A stretch of 64,000 nucleotides of DNA from positions 1 through 64,000 of the forward strand of contig JAXMNT010000037.1 of assembly GCA_034670305.1 (NCBI GenBank), given 5' to 3'. The stretch's first letter is position 1; every line of letters starts with the position of its first letter. Shown piece after piece: positions 18,057 through 28,649 of this stretch. The notes under the pieces were generated by a model. It had not been told where the DNA came from and made no database searches. It saw only the letters and a list, made by a program, of their open reading frames with translations. Made by a program: the position numbers and the translations under genes. This stretch comes from Deltaproteobacteria bacterium. GTDB lineage: Bacteria; Myxococcota_A; Polyangia; Polyangiales; Houyiibacteriaceae.

Positions 18057-20315
18057 GTGAAGATTCGAGTGCTTGGTGGCGGGCCCGCTGGACTGTACTT
18101 CAGCATCTTGGTCCGCAAGGCGCGGCCGGACGCCGAGGTCGTCGTCTACGAGCGCAACCGCGCCGACGACACCTTTGGTTGGGGGGTCGTCTTCTCGGAC
18201 GAGACCCTCGGCAACCTGGAGGAAGCGGACGCCGAGACGTACGCCGCCATCCGGGAGAACTTTGCCTACTGGGACGCCATCGACGTGCATACCTGGGCCG
18301 ATGGTCACCGCGTGGTGCGCAGCGGTGGTCACGGCTTTTGCGGCATCGGTCGCATGCGTCTGCTGCTGATCCTTCAGGCGCGTGCCCGCGAGCTCGGGGT
18401 GGCGCTTCGGTTCGAAGAACAAGTCGACGACATCGAAGCGCTTCGACGCGACTGCGATCTCTTCGTGGCGGCGGACGGGATCAACAGCCGCACCCGTGGC
18501 CTCTTTTCGGACGTCTTCAAGCCGTCGATCCGGAAGGGTGACGCGCGCTTCGTCTGGCTCGGCACCAAGCAGTGCTTCGAGGCGTTCACGTTCTCGTTTC
18601 GGGAGAACGAACACGGCGTCTTCCAGATCCACGCCTACCAGTTCGACGAGTCGACCAGCACCTTCATCGTGGAGTGCGACGAAGCCACTTGGCGGGCGGC
18701 GGGTTTGGACGCCGCCACCGAAGCAGACACCGTCGCGTACTGCCAGTCGGTCTTCGAGGACGAGTTGGGCGGGCATCCCTTGTTGCCCAACCGCTCGGAC
18801 TGGATCCAGTTCCGGACCGTGAGCTGTGAACGTTGGCACCACGAGAACGTGGTGTTGCTGGGAGACGCCGCGCACACCGCGCACTTCTCGGTGGGCTCGG
18901 GCACGAAGATGGCGATGGAGGATTCCATCGCGCTCGCCAACGCCCTCGGCAGCAACGCCGACGTCGAAGGTGCGCTGCTCGCCTACGAAGAAGACCGGCG
19001 ACCACTCGTCGGCCGCACCCAGAAAGCCGCCGCGCAGAGCGAACAGTGGTTCGCCGAATCCAAGCGGCACCTGTCGCATGCGCCGGAGCGGCTCACCTTC
19101 AGCTTGCTCTCTCGGACGAGGCGGGTGACCCACGAGAACCTGCGGCTGCGGGAACCGAGCTACATCGAGGGGCTCGATCACTGGTTCATGGCCAAGCATG
19201 GAATGCCTGCCGAGGGTGGGGTGGTGCCGCCGATGTTCTGTCCGTTCCAGCTGCGCGACTTGAAGCTCGGCAACCGCGTGGTGGTCTCGCCGATGTGCCA
19301 GTACTCGGCGACCGACGGGGTGCCGAACGATTGGCACATGGTGCACCTCGGCAGCCGCGCGCTCGGTGGCGCTGGCCTGGTCTTCACGGAGATGACCAAC
19401 GTCTCGGCCGATGGCCGAATCACCCCCGGCTGCACCGGCCTGTACGACGACGCCCAGGAGGCGGCGTGGTCCCGCATCGTGCAGTTCGTGCATGAACGTT
19501 CTTCGGCAGCGATCGGGATTCAGCTCGCGCACGCGGGCCGCAAGGGCGCGACCAAACTTCTCTGGGAAGGCATGGACCGTCCGCTCGAGTCGGGCGGCTG
19601 GCCGCTCCTGGCGCCCTCGCCGATTCCGTGGCGCGCGGACAACGTGGTGCCGAAAGAGATGACGCGCGAGGACATGGTCCTGGTCCGCGACGCGTTCGTC
19701 GCCTCGGCGGAGCGCGCGATCCGATGCGGTTTCGACTTGCTCGAAGTGCACCTCGCGCACGGGTACCTGCTCTCCAGTTTTCTGACGCCGGTCTCGAACC
19801 AGCGCACCGACGACTACGGTGGCGATCTTCGATCGCGCGCGCGGTTCCCGCTCGAGGTCGTCGAGGCAGTGCGCGCCGTGTGGACCGGGCCGCTGAGTGT
19901 GCGCATCAGCGCAACCGATTGGGTCGAAGGCGGGTTCGGCATCGAAGAAGCGGTGGCGCTCAGCGGCTGGCTGAAAGCTGTGGGCGTGGATCTCATCGAC
20001 GTGAGCGCCGGACAGACCTCGCCCGACGCGAAGCCCGTCTACGGGCGCGCGTTCCAGACGCCGTTCTCAGAACGCATCCGGAACGATGTGGGCGTGCCGA
20101 CGATGACGGTCGGCAACATCTACGACCACGACCGCATCAACACGATCTTGCTCGCCGGCCGCGCAGACCTCGTCGCGCTCGCGCGCGCGCATCTGGCGGA
20201 CCCCTACCTGACGCTGCACGCGGCGGCCGAACTCGGGTACGAAGGCACCCAGTGGCCGAAGCAATACGGTTCGGCGCGCACCTTGTTGCCGCGCATGTTC
20301 GGCGACGGTGACTGA
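18057..20315 (+). CDS. Bifunctional salicylyl-CoA 5-hydroxylase/oxidoreductase (anthraniloyl-CoA monooxygenase type)
   Basis: [45 protein letters not shown], then an OYE domain [27 protein letters not shown]. Confidence 0.92.
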   Translation: MKIRVLGGGPAGLYFSILVRKARPDAEVVVYERNRADDTFGWGVVFSDETLGNLEEADAETYAAIRENFAYWDAIDVHTWADGHRVVRSGGHGFCGIGRMRLLLILQARARELGVALRFEEQVDDIEALRRDCDLFVAADGINSRTRGLFSDVFKPSIRKGDARFVWLGTKQCFEAFTFSFRENEHGVFQIHAYQFDESTSTFIVECDEATWRAAGLDAATEADTVAYCQSVFEDELGGHPLLPNRSDWIQFRTVSCERWHHENVVLLGDAAHTAHFSVGSGTKMAMEDSIALANALGSNADVEGALLAYEEDRRPLVGRTQKAAAQSEQWFAESKRHLSHAPERLTFSLLSRTRRVTHENLRLREPSYIEGLDHWFMAKHGMPAEGGVVPPMFCPFQLRDLKLGNRVVVSPMCQYSATDGVPNDWHMVHLGSRALGGAGLVFTEMTNVSADGRITPGCTGLYDDAQEAAWSRIVQFVHERSSAAIGIQLAHAGRKGATKLLWEGMDRPLESGGWPLLAPSPIPWRADNVVPKEMTREDMVLVRDAFVASAERAIRCGFDLLEVHLAHGYLLSSFLTPVSNQRTDDYGGDLRSRARFPLEVVEAVRAVWTGPLSVRISATDWVEGGFGIEEAVALSGWLKAVGVDLIDVSAGQTSPDAKPVYGRAFQTPFSERIRNDVGVPTMTVGNIYDHDRINTILLAGRADLVALARAHLADPYLTLHAAAELGYEGTQWPKQYGSARTLLPRMFGDGD

Positions 20316-20997
20316 GCACTCGGAGCCGGAGTCTGTCTCGCTGGGGCCGGAGCGACCCCGACCGAGGGGGCTCGGCGACTGGCAAGCACCCGCCGACAGC
20401 GTGGTCTGGGGTTCGGCGTACCGGGTGGTGGATCCGCGCCGGGCCGCAGTGGTCTATGGCGCGCTCTTGATTCTGGGTGCGGGCGTGGCGATCTCCGCAG
20501 CGACGCTGGTCGACGTTCCCTCGGCGCCGCTCGAGACGCTGCGGGTGGCCTTCTTGGAGCGCGCGATGCGCGGCATCTACTGGACGGTGGCCACCGTGTT
20601 CGTGCTCGTCCTGATGCTCGGCGCGACCAAACGGTGCTTCGGGTTCGGGCGCGGCACGCTCATCGGCATGGTGGCGGCCGTGGGTGCGGCGGCGACGTCG
20701 GTGTACGTCACGGCATCCTGGCCAGGGTGGTCGGATGCTGTTGTCGGGACGGTGGGCACGGTTGTGGTGGTGGCTCTGGCGACTCGTTCGAGAAGTGACG
20801 AGAGCCGGCGCCTCTTGGCGATGTTCGGCTACGTGTCGCTCGCGCAGGTCGCGTGGCGCGCGGCCCAGATGGCGTTCGACTTCGCACCACCCCTAGGCGG
20901 TGAAGACGCGCTCGTGCGCTCCGCGATGTCGGCTGGGGTCGCGGCGGCGGTCGCGGGGGTGGCGTTGGTGTGGACGGCAGGGAAGCGCGCCGGCTGA
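20308..20997 (+). CDS. Hypothetical multi-pass membrane protein
   Basis: Several hydrophobic segments; overlaps the upstream stop. Confidence 0.6.
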   Translation: MTEHSEPESVSLGPERPRPRGLGDWQAPADSVVWGSAYRVVDPRRAAVVYGALLILGAGVAISAATLVDVPSAPLETLRVAFLERAMRGIYWTVATVFVLVLMLGATKRCFGFGRGTLIGMVAAVGAAATSVYVTASWPGWSDAVVGTVGTVVVVALATRSRSDESRRLLAMFGYVSLAQVAWRAAQMAFDFAPPLGGEDALVRSAMSAGVAAAVAGVALVWTAGKRAG

Positions 20998-21211
20998 GCC
21001 GAATCCGAAGCCGAAGCCGAAGCCGATGCCGAAGCCGCTGCCGAAGCCGCTGCCGATGCCGAAGCCGATGCCGAAGCCGATGCCGAAGCCGAAGCCGAAG
21101 CCGAAGCCGATGCCGAAGCCGATGCCGATGCCGAAGCCGAAGCCGAAGCCGAAGCCGAAGCCGACTCCGAAGCCGAAGCCGATGCCGAAGCCGCTGCCGA
21201 AGCCGAATCCG
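20998..21211. repeat. Intergenic (GCCGAN)n hexamer microsatellite
   Basis: About 35 GCCGAA/GCCGAT/GCCGCT units between convergent genes. Confidence 0.95.
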
Positions 21212-21250
21212 GGCGCAACCCGAAGGGTCCGCTACCGGCTTCTGGCCCTC

Positions 21251-23221
21251 TTAGGCCAGAAGCCGTTTGGCTTCGGCGACCACTGCGGCTGCGGTGATGC
21301 CGAACTTCTCGTAGAGGACTTCCGCGGGGGCGGAGGCGCCGAAGCGGTCGAGGGTGACGAAGCCGCCGTCGGCGCCGACGTAGCGTTCCCAGCCTTGGCG
21401 GATGCCGGCTTCCACGACGACGCGTGCGCTCACGCTCGGCGAGAAGACGCTGTCTCGGTACGCCTTGTCCTGCTGGTTGAAGAGTTCCCAGCTCGGCATG
21501 CTGACGACGCGGGAGCGGATGCCTTCGGCGGTGAGCACACTGCGGGCTTCGAGGGCGAGGTGCAGTTCGGAACCGGTGCCGACCAGGATGACCTGCGGGT
21601 CGTCGTCGCCGTCGAGCACGTAGGCGCCCTTGTGCAGTCCTTCGGCGCTGGCCATGCCGCCGTCTGCGCGGTCCAAGGTGGGCACGTTCTGGCGGGTCAG
21701 CACGAGGGCGGCGGGGCCGTGGCACCGCATGGCGGCGATCCACGCTTCGCGGGTTTCGTTCGCGTCGCAGGGACGCAGTACCGTGAAACCGGGGATGGCG
21801 CGCAACGACGCGAGCGTCTCCACCGGCTGGTGGGTCGGGCCGTCTTCGCCGAGTCCGATGGAGTCGTGGGTGAAGACGTAGCGGGTGCGCAGCTCCATCA
21901 GCGCGGCGAGTCGCAGTGCGGGGCGCATGTAGTCGGCGAAGACCAAGAACGTCGCGCCGAACGGGATCACCCCGCCGTGGAGCGCCATGCCGTTCATCGC
22001 CGAGCCCATGCCGTGTTCGCGGATGCCCCAGTGCACGGTGCGGGGCACGCCTTCTTCGCTGGCGCGGAAGTCGGTGGTGGTGGGGGTCTTGTTGGACCCG
22101 GCGAGGTCCGCGGAACCGCCCACGAGCTCGGGTACGGTGTCCATGAGTGCCGAGAGCACCTTGCCGCCCGCGGCACGGGTGGCCATGCCCTTGGCGTCGG
22201 GCGGGAACGATGCGAGCGAGCCGAGGTCTGGCAGCTCACCCGCGAGCGCGGCGTCGAACGCTTTTCGTTCGGCGGCGTGTGCCTTCGACCAGTCGGCGAA
22301 CTTCGCCTTCCAAGCCGCGTGGAGCTCGGCGCCGCGCGCTTTTACGGCGGCGGTCGCGTCGGCCACTTCGGCCGGCACGTGGAAGGGTTCTTCGGGCCAG
22401 CCGAGGACCTTCTTGGTGGCGGCGATCTCTTCGGCGCCGAGCGGCGCGCCGTGGGCCCCCGAGGTGTCCTTCTTGGTGGGCGCAGGCCAGCCGATGATGG
22501 TGCGCACCCGGACGAGCGAGGGGCGTGGATCCGCCATCGCGGCTTTCGTCGCCGCGCGCAGCGCGTCGAGGTCGTTGCCGTCTTCGACGGCGCTCGTGTG
22601 CCAGCCGCAGGCCGCGAACTTCTTCTCGACGTCTTCGCTGAACGAGAGATCGGTGCGGCCATCGATGGTGATCTTGTTGTCGTCGTAGAAGACGATCAGA
22701 CGGCCGAGCTGGAGGTGGCCTGCGAGAGATGCGGCCTCCGCGGCGACGCCCTCCATCAGATCGCCGTCGCTGGCGATGCAGAAGATGCGCTGGTCGAAGA
22801 GCGACTCGTCGAACCGTCGGCCCATATGGTGGGCGGCCAGCGCCATGCCGACCGCGTTGCCAATGCCCTGGCCGAGCGGACCGGTCGTCGTCTCGACGCC
22901 CTTCGTGATGAAGTTCTCTGGGTGTCCGGGGGTCTTGCTGCCCCACTGCCGGAACTGCTTCAGGTCCTCGAGCGAGAGGTCGTAGCCGCTCAAGTGCAGA
23001 AGCGCGTACTGCAGCATCGATGCGTGTCCGCAGCTGAGCACGAAGCGGTCGCGGGCGGCCCAGTCGGGATCCGCGGGGTCGTGCCGGCGGAATTCGGAAA
23101 AGAGCAACCAGCCGAGCGGCGCGAGCGCCATCGGGGTGCCGGGGTGGCCACTGTCGGCGGCCTGCACCGCGTCCATGGAGAGCACACGAATCGTGTCGAT
23201 GGCTTTTTGGTCGAGCGACAT
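21251..23221 (-). CDS. tkt: Transketolase
   Basis: [42 protein letters not shown] and [16 protein letters not shown]. Confidence 0.98.
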   Translation of the reverse strand: MSLDQKAIDTIRVLSMDAVQAADSGHPGTPMALAPLGWLLFSEFRRHDPADPDWAARDRFVLSCGHASMLQYALLHLSGYDLSLEDLKQFRQWGSKTPGHPENFITKGVETTTGPLGQGIGNAVGMALAAHHMGRRFDESLFDQRIFCIASDGDLMEGVAAEAASLAGHLQLGRLIVFYDDNKITIDGRTDLSFSEDVEKKFAACGWHTSAVEDGNDLDALRAATKAAMADPRPSLVRVRTIIGWPAPTKKDTSGAHGAPLGAEEIAATKKVLGWPEEPFHVPAEVADATAAVKARGAELHAAWKAKFADWSKAHAAERKAFDAALAGELPDLGSLASFPPDAKGMATRAAGGKVLSALMDTVPELVGGSADLAGSNKTPTTTDFRASEEGVPRTVHWGIREHGMGSAMNGMALHGGVIPFGATFLVFADYMRPALRLAALMELRTRYVFTHDSIGLGEDGPTHQPVETLASLRAIPGFTVLRPCDANETREAWIAAMRCHGPAALVLTRQNVPTLDRADGGMASAEGLHKGAYVLDGDDDPQVILVGTGSELHLALEARSVLTAEGIRSRVVSMPSWELFNQQDKAYRDSVFSPSVSARVVVEAGIRQGWERYVGADGGFVTLDRFGASAPAEVLYEKFGITAAAVVAEAKRLLA

Positions 23222-23410
23222 GGCGCCGATGTAGCACTTTCGGGCCGCGGCGTCGTCGGTCGAGCGCTTTTCAGGCGCTGAAGACGGTCAACGGGCTTGG
23301 ACGAGCAGCGTGGGCAGGCCGTCGGCCAGGACAACCGTGCGGGCCAGGACAACACTCAACGCAGAAATGGCCCACCTTTCGATGGGCCATCGGGTTGGGG
23401 CATCGGGAGC

Positions 23411-23926
23411 TCAGCGCGTCGGTGCGTTGTCCGGCGTCACGAGGAGCGCGGCGAACGCGGTGCGATCCCCGCTTGCCAGCCCTTCGAGGGCGGTGCCGCA
23501 CTCGGGGGTCTGCGTGCGGTACATCGGAATCAGGCAGCGCTGGGCTTGCGCGTCGAGCCCGCGGCAGCGGCCCATCAGCTCTGCATCGGAATCCACGCCG
23601 CCGACGTGGAGCGCCATGGTGCAGGGATCTTGCGTGGGGTCGAAAGGATCGAACCCCATGCGATCGTTCAGACCTTCGACGCGGGGGATCGCGGCTGGTG
23701 CCGTGCCGGTTTCGACTGGAAGCACCGCACCACCGACCCGCTCGAGCTGGCGATCGATCTCGGTCTGGCCGAGATCTTCCGCTGCGGCGGGTGCGAGATG
23801 CGCGGAGGCCGCGATCTCTTCCTCCATCGTGTACTCGGAACCGAGCTCGTCGAAGGTGGGTGCGGCCTCGTCGGTGCAGGCGAGGGCGGTGAGTACGAGG
23901 ATCGAAGTCAAAGCGCGCATGGACAT
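23411..23926 (-). CDS. Hypothetical lipoprotein
   Basis: MRALTSILVLTALAC lipobox-like signal; four further Cys in the C-terminal half. Confidence 0.6.
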   Translation of the reverse strand: MSMRALTSILVLTALACTDEAAPTFDELGSEYTMEEEIAASAHLAPAAAEDLGQTEIDRQLERVGGAVLPVETGTAPAAIPRVEGLNDRMGFDPFDPTQDPCTMALHVGGVDSDAELMGRCRGLDAQAQRCLIPMYRTQTPECGTALEGLASGDRTAFAALLVTPDNAPTR

Positions 23927-24111
23927 CTCCGACCAGAGCCTCTGCAAGTGTCGGGCCCCAGCTGTGGTCCCGAGATCATTGCATGATCGGGCGGTGGGGG
24001 GCACGAATGCTTGCTGGGCCCCGCACTTTTTGCGGAGCGATCGTCGCCCTGCGGGCGCTCAGAAGCCACCAGGACCGCCCCCGGCGCCAACCCCGGCACG
24101 AGACCCACGTT

Positions 24112-25794
24112 CTACTTCCGGTGTTCGATCTCGGGCGGCTTCTTGAAGAAGGCGTTGAACTCGGGGGTGTTGTAGGTCTGGTAGTCGATGTTCCACGGGG
24201 TGATGGAGACGTCGCCCTCCTTCCAGTCGAGCGTCATGGCTTTCGGGATCACACCCCGGTAGCTCGAGTCCGGCGGCAGGTCGTCGTTGTCGTGTCCACC
24301 CGCGCTGAAGAGGGTGATCAGCGTGACCTGGTCCTCGTCGTAGGTGCGGGCGAACCCGTCGAGCACCTTCTCGTGCCCGCGCACGATCGTGTTGCACCCG
24401 ATGCGCTGAAGGAACGCCGCCGCCTGCAGCTTGCCGAAGGGGAAACGGGCCGACTGTTCTTGCAACGCCGCAGGGATCACATCGGCGGAGCTCGGGTCGC
24501 TCCACATCATCTGAAATCGCACGTCGGGGTCGTTGAGAAAGGAGAGATCCTTCCATCGCTCTTTCACGAGCCGGTCTCTCGGAATGCCCGCGTGCACGAA
24601 CAGGGTGCGGTCGAAGATCAACATGTTCGGGAGCGCCTCGAACAGGCGCATGTAGTGCCGGAACACATCGATGGGCAGATGGGGCTTGAGCGTGTTGATG
24701 GCTTCCGCCGGTTTCACGCCGCCGTAGATCTGACCTTTGTACTCGACGTAGTACTCGTGGTTGCCGCGGAGGATGTAGACGTGCTCTGGCGCCGTGACGA
24801 ACATCTGAAGCGCCGTGCGCAGGACGCCGTTGAGACTGAAGAGCCCACGGTCGATGTAGTCGCCGAGCAAGACGAGCAGCGGCATCGGGAGCGAGGGGTC
24901 GTTCTTGAACTGAGCGACCTTCTCGAAGAAGTCGGCCTGCATGACCGCGCCCTTCAAGCATGAGTAACATCCGTGCAGATCGCCGAGCACGGTGACCTCG
25001 TAGCCGGCCGGATGGGTCGCGGGGCGTACGTAGACGTGCCCGTCCAGGAACGCTTCCTGGCCATCGAACGCCTGCACGTTCTGCTGGCCGGTGAGTTTGC
25101 CGGCACCGGCGGCGCGCTGTTTTTCGAGCGTCTCCATCACGGTGTCGAGGAGTTTTCGGTCGCCGTCGATCTGCTTCTGGATCTTCTCCTTGTCGGCCGA
25201 GTAGTGAAACTCGAACTGTTGGAAGAAGGGGTGGTCGGCCGACGATTGCCGCCGTTCGATCGGGTCGACGATGGTGCGCCGGCCGCCGCCCGCGTCTTCG
25301 ATGATGTCGATGTCGACGTCGGTCTCGAACAGATCGACGAGCTCGTTGCGGAACTTCTGTTCGGCCGGGTGCACTTCGCCGTCGGCGGCGATGAGGTCGT
25401 CCATGGCCGCCATCAGTGCTTCCTGGTTGTCCCGCTCGAACTCCTGGAACAGTTCGAAGCAGCGCAGCTTGAGCTTCGCGTGGATGAACGCGTCCTGGTC
25501 TTCGTCCTGAGCCACCGCTTCGGTGAACAGGTCGGCCACGTGGCGATCGATGTTCTCGAACACTTCGTGAAAGTGTGTCGTGAACCGCTGCACCAGCTCG
25601 TTCTGGAGTTTGGCGTCTCCGCTCGGCATGCCGACCTGCACCCGATGCTCGACGAGCTTCTGGATGTAGTTGCGGACGAACTCCTTCTCGGAGCTGTCGA
25701 ACTCCCCGTCGATGTATCCGAACGTCGTCAGGTAGAAGATGATCGCCTGCATCTGGCGGTCGGCGACTTGGGGATCCCCCGAGAAACTCAGCAT
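24112..25794 (-). CDS. PPP-family Ser/Thr protein phosphatase with N-terminal TerB-like domain
   Basis: GDLHG, GDYIDRG, LRGNHE, HAG, MWSDP, RGHE and TLFSA motifs; N-terminal YIDGEFDSSEKEFV and LIAADGEVHPAEQKF. Confidence 0.85.
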   Translation of the reverse strand: MLSFSGDPQVADRQMQAIIFYLTTFGYIDGEFDSSEKEFVRNYIQKLVEHRVQVGMPSGDAKLQNELVQRFTTHFHEVFENIDRHVADLFTEAVAQDEDQDAFIHAKLKLRCFELFQEFERDNQEALMAAMDDLIAADGEVHPAEQKFRNELVDLFETDVDIDIIEDAGGGRRTIVDPIERRQSSADHPFFQQFEFHYSADKEKIQKQIDGDRKLLDTVMETLEKQRAAGAGKLTGQQNVQAFDGQEAFLDGHVYVRPATHPAGYEVTVLGDLHGCYSCLKGAVMQADFFEKVAQFKNDPSLPMPLLVLLGDYIDRGLFSLNGVLRTALQMFVTAPEHVYILRGNHEYYVEYKGQIYGGVKPAEAINTLKPHLPIDVFRHYMRLFEALPNMLIFDRTLFVHAGIPRDRLVKERWKDLSFLNDPDVRFQMMWSDPSSADVIPAALQEQSARFPFGKLQAAAFLQRIGCNTIVRGHEKVLDGFARTYDEDQVTLITLFSAGGHDNDDLPPDSSYRGVIPKAMTLDWKEGDVSITPWNIDYQTYNTPEFNAFFKKPPEIEHRK

Positions 25795-25917
25795 GGCCAC
25801 GGATGGTAGACCAGTCCGTGGGCAGCGTGGGAGCGGTTTGCGGTACCCACGGAGGGACACCGGTACGCGCCTCAACAAGATGGCACAGCGAGCGCGCTCG
25901 CCGTATCCTGCGACCGC

Positions 25918-26940
25918 GTGCGGATAATCCTGACGTTGGGTTGGTTGGTCTGTGTGGGGACCGTCTTCTGCGCTGCGCCCGTTCTGGCGCAGACGGGTGA
26001 CGTGCAAGCAGCCGCCCGTGCGTTCGAAGAGGGGCAACGCGCCCAACTCCAGCAGCAGTACGCCCGTGCCGCGCAGTTCTTCGAGATCGCCCACCGGGCT
26101 GCGCCCGCACCAGCCGCGATCCGCGCAGCGATCCGCAACCACCGGGCCGCGGGCGCCCTGCCCCGCGCCGCGACACTGTCGCTCGAGGCAAGCTCCGACT
26201 ACGCGGAGGACGCAGAGACGCTTGCGCTCGCGCGCTCGGTGCTCGAGGAAGCGGGTCGCACCCTGGGTCAGGTGGAAGTGACGTGTGCGGCGCCCTGTGC
26301 CGTCTCCATCGACGGCCGCCTCGCGACGCTCGAGGCAGCGGAGTCGATTCGGGTCTTCGTCGCGCCCGGGGACCACGAGATCAACGCGCGCTTCGGAGAA
26401 GTGGATGCCCCGCCGCAATCGTGGACCGCCACGGCCGGACAGTCCGGCGCGGTGTCGTTCGACGCACCGGTTGCGGATCCCGACCCCGACCCCACCGAGC
26501 CCGATCCCAGCGACGGCCAGAACGTCCAAGCAGATCCAGAAGATGGGAACAGCTCGTTCCGGCGTGACCCGGTACAGCTCGAGCGCACTTCGGCCAGCGG
26601 CCTGTCCCCCGCGGTGACCTGGGTGGGCATCGGCGCGACCGCGGTCGTGGGCGCCGTGTTCGTGTGGTCGCTCGTCGATGTCGGGAACGCCAGCGACAAC
26701 TACCACTCGAACCCGACCCGAGATGGTTTCGAGGAAGGGCAAGACAAGGTGCGCCGGATGGCGATCCTCGGCGCCACCACGGGGGTGCTCGGCGTCGCCA
26801 CGCTGCTGATCGCCACACTCGGAACCCGCTGGGAGGGGCAAGATGCCGCCCATCCGGCCGCCGACACCCGGGCTTCGGTCTGGGTTGGCCAAGACGGCGG
26901 CGGGTTGGTGGTTTCCGGTTCGATCGGACGCACCCAGTGA
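25918..26940 (+). CDS. Secreted TPR/PEGA-domain protein with C-terminal hydrophobic hairpin
   Basis: Signal peptide; A..AFEEG.......YA.AA..FE.A TPR; V.IDG...V.PG.H.I PEGA-like; two hydrophobic helices near the C-terminus. Confidence 0.75.
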   Translation: MRIILTLGWLVCVGTVFCAAPVLAQTGDVQAAARAFEEGQRAQLQQQYARAAQFFEIAHRAAPAPAAIRAAIRNHRAAGALPRAATLSLEASSDYAEDAETLALARSVLEEAGRTLGQVEVTCAAPCAVSIDGRLATLEAAESIRVFVAPGDHEINARFGEVDAPPQSWTATAGQSGAVSFDAPVADPDPDPTEPDPSDGQNVQADPEDGNSSFRRDPVQLERTSASGLSPAVTWVGIGATAVVGAVFVWSLVDVGNASDNYHSNPTRDGFEEGQDKVRRMAILGATTGVLGVATLLIATLGTRWEGQDAAHPAADTRASVWVGQDGGGLVVSGSIGRTQ

Positions 26941-26959
26941 GTCGGTGCCCTCAGACGGG

Positions 26960-28639
26960 ATGGGCGCAGTGAGCGCTCGAACGAGCAAGGCGCCCTCTCG
27001 CCGTTTGCTCGGCCGGTATGAGATCGTCGCCGAGATCGCGCGTGGCGGCATGGGCACGGTGTTCCTCGCGCGCGTCGAAGGCGTTGGTGGGTTCAAGCGT
27101 CTCTTCGCGGTGAAGCTCATGCACCGGCACCTCGCGTCGGAGCCGCAGTTCGTCCACATGCTTCTCGACGAAGCGCGGCTGGCTTCGCAGCTGCACCACC
27201 CGAACGCGGTGGGCGTGGTCGATGTCGACGAGTCGTCGCTCGGGCTCTACATCGTGATGGAGTACGTGAACGGTTTCGCGCTGGACGACGTGCTCAAGAA
27301 GCTTCGTGAGGTCCCTCCGGCGGAACGCATGCGCATCGGACTGCGCGTCTGGCTCGACTCGGTTCGAGGCCTCACGGCCGCGCACCAGCTCAAGGACGAC
27401 GAGGGGACCTCCCTCGGCATCGTGCACCGCGACGTCTCCCCGCAGAACATCCTGGTCGGGCTCGACGGAGCGGGTCGCATCACAGACTTCGGCGTGGCCC
27501 GCGCCGCCGAACGCATCACGTCGTCGCATCCGGGCATGATCAAGGGCAAGCCCTGCTACATGGCGCCCGAGCAGGCGCGCGGAGAAGCCACCCTCGATGC
27601 CCGCGCGGACATCTTCGCGCTCGGCATCATCCTCTGGGAAGTCCTCACGGGCCGGATGCTCTTCGAGAACGAAGCTGGTCCAGCCGTGACGCTGGTCCAG
27701 GTCGTCAACAAGCCGCTCCAGCCGCCCTCCACCGTGTGCGCCGAAGCCGCGCCGCTGGACGACGTGTGCATGAAGGCCCTCGACCGCGCGCTCGAGAAGC
27801 GGCACCAGGACGGGCGCTCGCTCTACGAAGAAGTGGAGCAGGTGGCCCGCGAAGCGGGGCTGCTGGCGACCCAAGAAGAAGTCGCCGACTTCATGCGCGA
27901 GGCGTTCTTCGAGGAGATCGGCGCCCGCAAGTCGGCGATCAAAGATCATCTCTCCGCGATCGGCGATGCGAGCTCGAAGGAGATGCAAGAGAGCGACATC
28001 TACCAGGTGCCCTCGCTGAAGTCGTCGCCTCGCGTCGAGCGAACCTCGATCGAGACACCCCAGCCCAAGACGGGGCCGTGGCACGAGACGCCCGAGCCGC
28101 AGGAGGCGTTCGTCTCCGAGAGCGGCGAACGGGTCCGCGCCCTCACCCCGCTTTCGCTTCCGCCGGCACCGACGCGATGGCGCCGAGTGGCGATCGCGTT
28201 CGGACTGATCGGCCTGCTGATGGCGGGACTCGCCGTGTGGGTCATGAACGGTCGCGAAGCCGACGCAGCGGAACGCCGTCGCGAAGCACGGGCCCAGGCT
28301 TCGGAGGAAGCGGCAGCCGAAGAACGGCTCGACGCGGAGAACGCCACCGAGGCAGCGGTGGCCGAGGCGGTCTCGGAAGCGATGGCGGAAGCGGAGACGC
28401 AGCGCGCCGCGGCCGAAGCCCTGCGCGTTGCGGCGGAGGCCGTGGAGGTCGAGCAGGCCGAGGCAGAGCGTGCGGAAGTGGCCCGCGTGGCGGAAGAAGC
28501 CCGCTCGGCAGAAGAGACGGAGCGCGCCCGGGCGAGGCGCCGCGACCGCACGGAGACGGACATGGTCGACCCCCCCGGCATGGGCATGGGCATGGAGACG
28601 ATGGAACCGGGATTCGAGACCAACCCCTACCTGCGATGA
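26960..28639 (+). CDS. Transmembrane Hanks-type Ser/Thr protein kinase
   Basis: GRYE....IARGGMG.V, AVK, HRDVSPQNILV, DFGVA, YMAPEQ and DIFALG; one TM helix; C-terminal NPY. Confidence 0.95.
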   Translation: MGAVSARTSKAPSRRLLGRYEIVAEIARGGMGTVFLARVEGVGGFKRLFAVKLMHRHLASEPQFVHMLLDEARLASQLHHPNAVGVVDVDESSLGLYIVMEYVNGFALDDVLKKLREVPPAERMRIGLRVWLDSVRGLTAAHQLKDDEGTSLGIVHRDVSPQNILVGLDGAGRITDFGVARAAERITSSHPGMIKGKPCYMAPEQARGEATLDARADIFALGIILWEVLTGRMLFENEAGPAVTLVQVVNKPLQPPSTVCAEAAPLDDVCMKALDRALEKRHQDGRSLYEEVEQVAREAGLLATQEEVADFMREAFFEEIGARKSAIKDHLSAIGDASSKEMQESDIYQVPSLKSSPRVERTSIETPQPKTGPWHETPEPQEAFVSESGERVRALTPLSLPPAPTRWRRVAIAFGLIGLLMAGLAVWVMNGREADAAERRREARAQASEEAAAEERLDAENATEAAVAEAVSEAMAEAETQRAAAEALRVAAEAVEVEQAEAERAEVARVAEEARSAEETERARARRRDRTETDMVDPPGMGMGMETMEPGFETNPYLR

Positions 28640-28649
28640 CGCATCTTCC

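Noticed and set aside
20829..23281. Long ORFs with PKPKPM, SASASA or RSRCR runs
   Set aside because: They are translations of the hexamer tract joined to antisense or off-frame readings of tkt.
24112..27159. 1015-aa phosphatase fusion as given in the ORF track
   Set aside because: The first ~455 aa are antisense to the PEGA and kinase genes; the credible start is ATG 25794.
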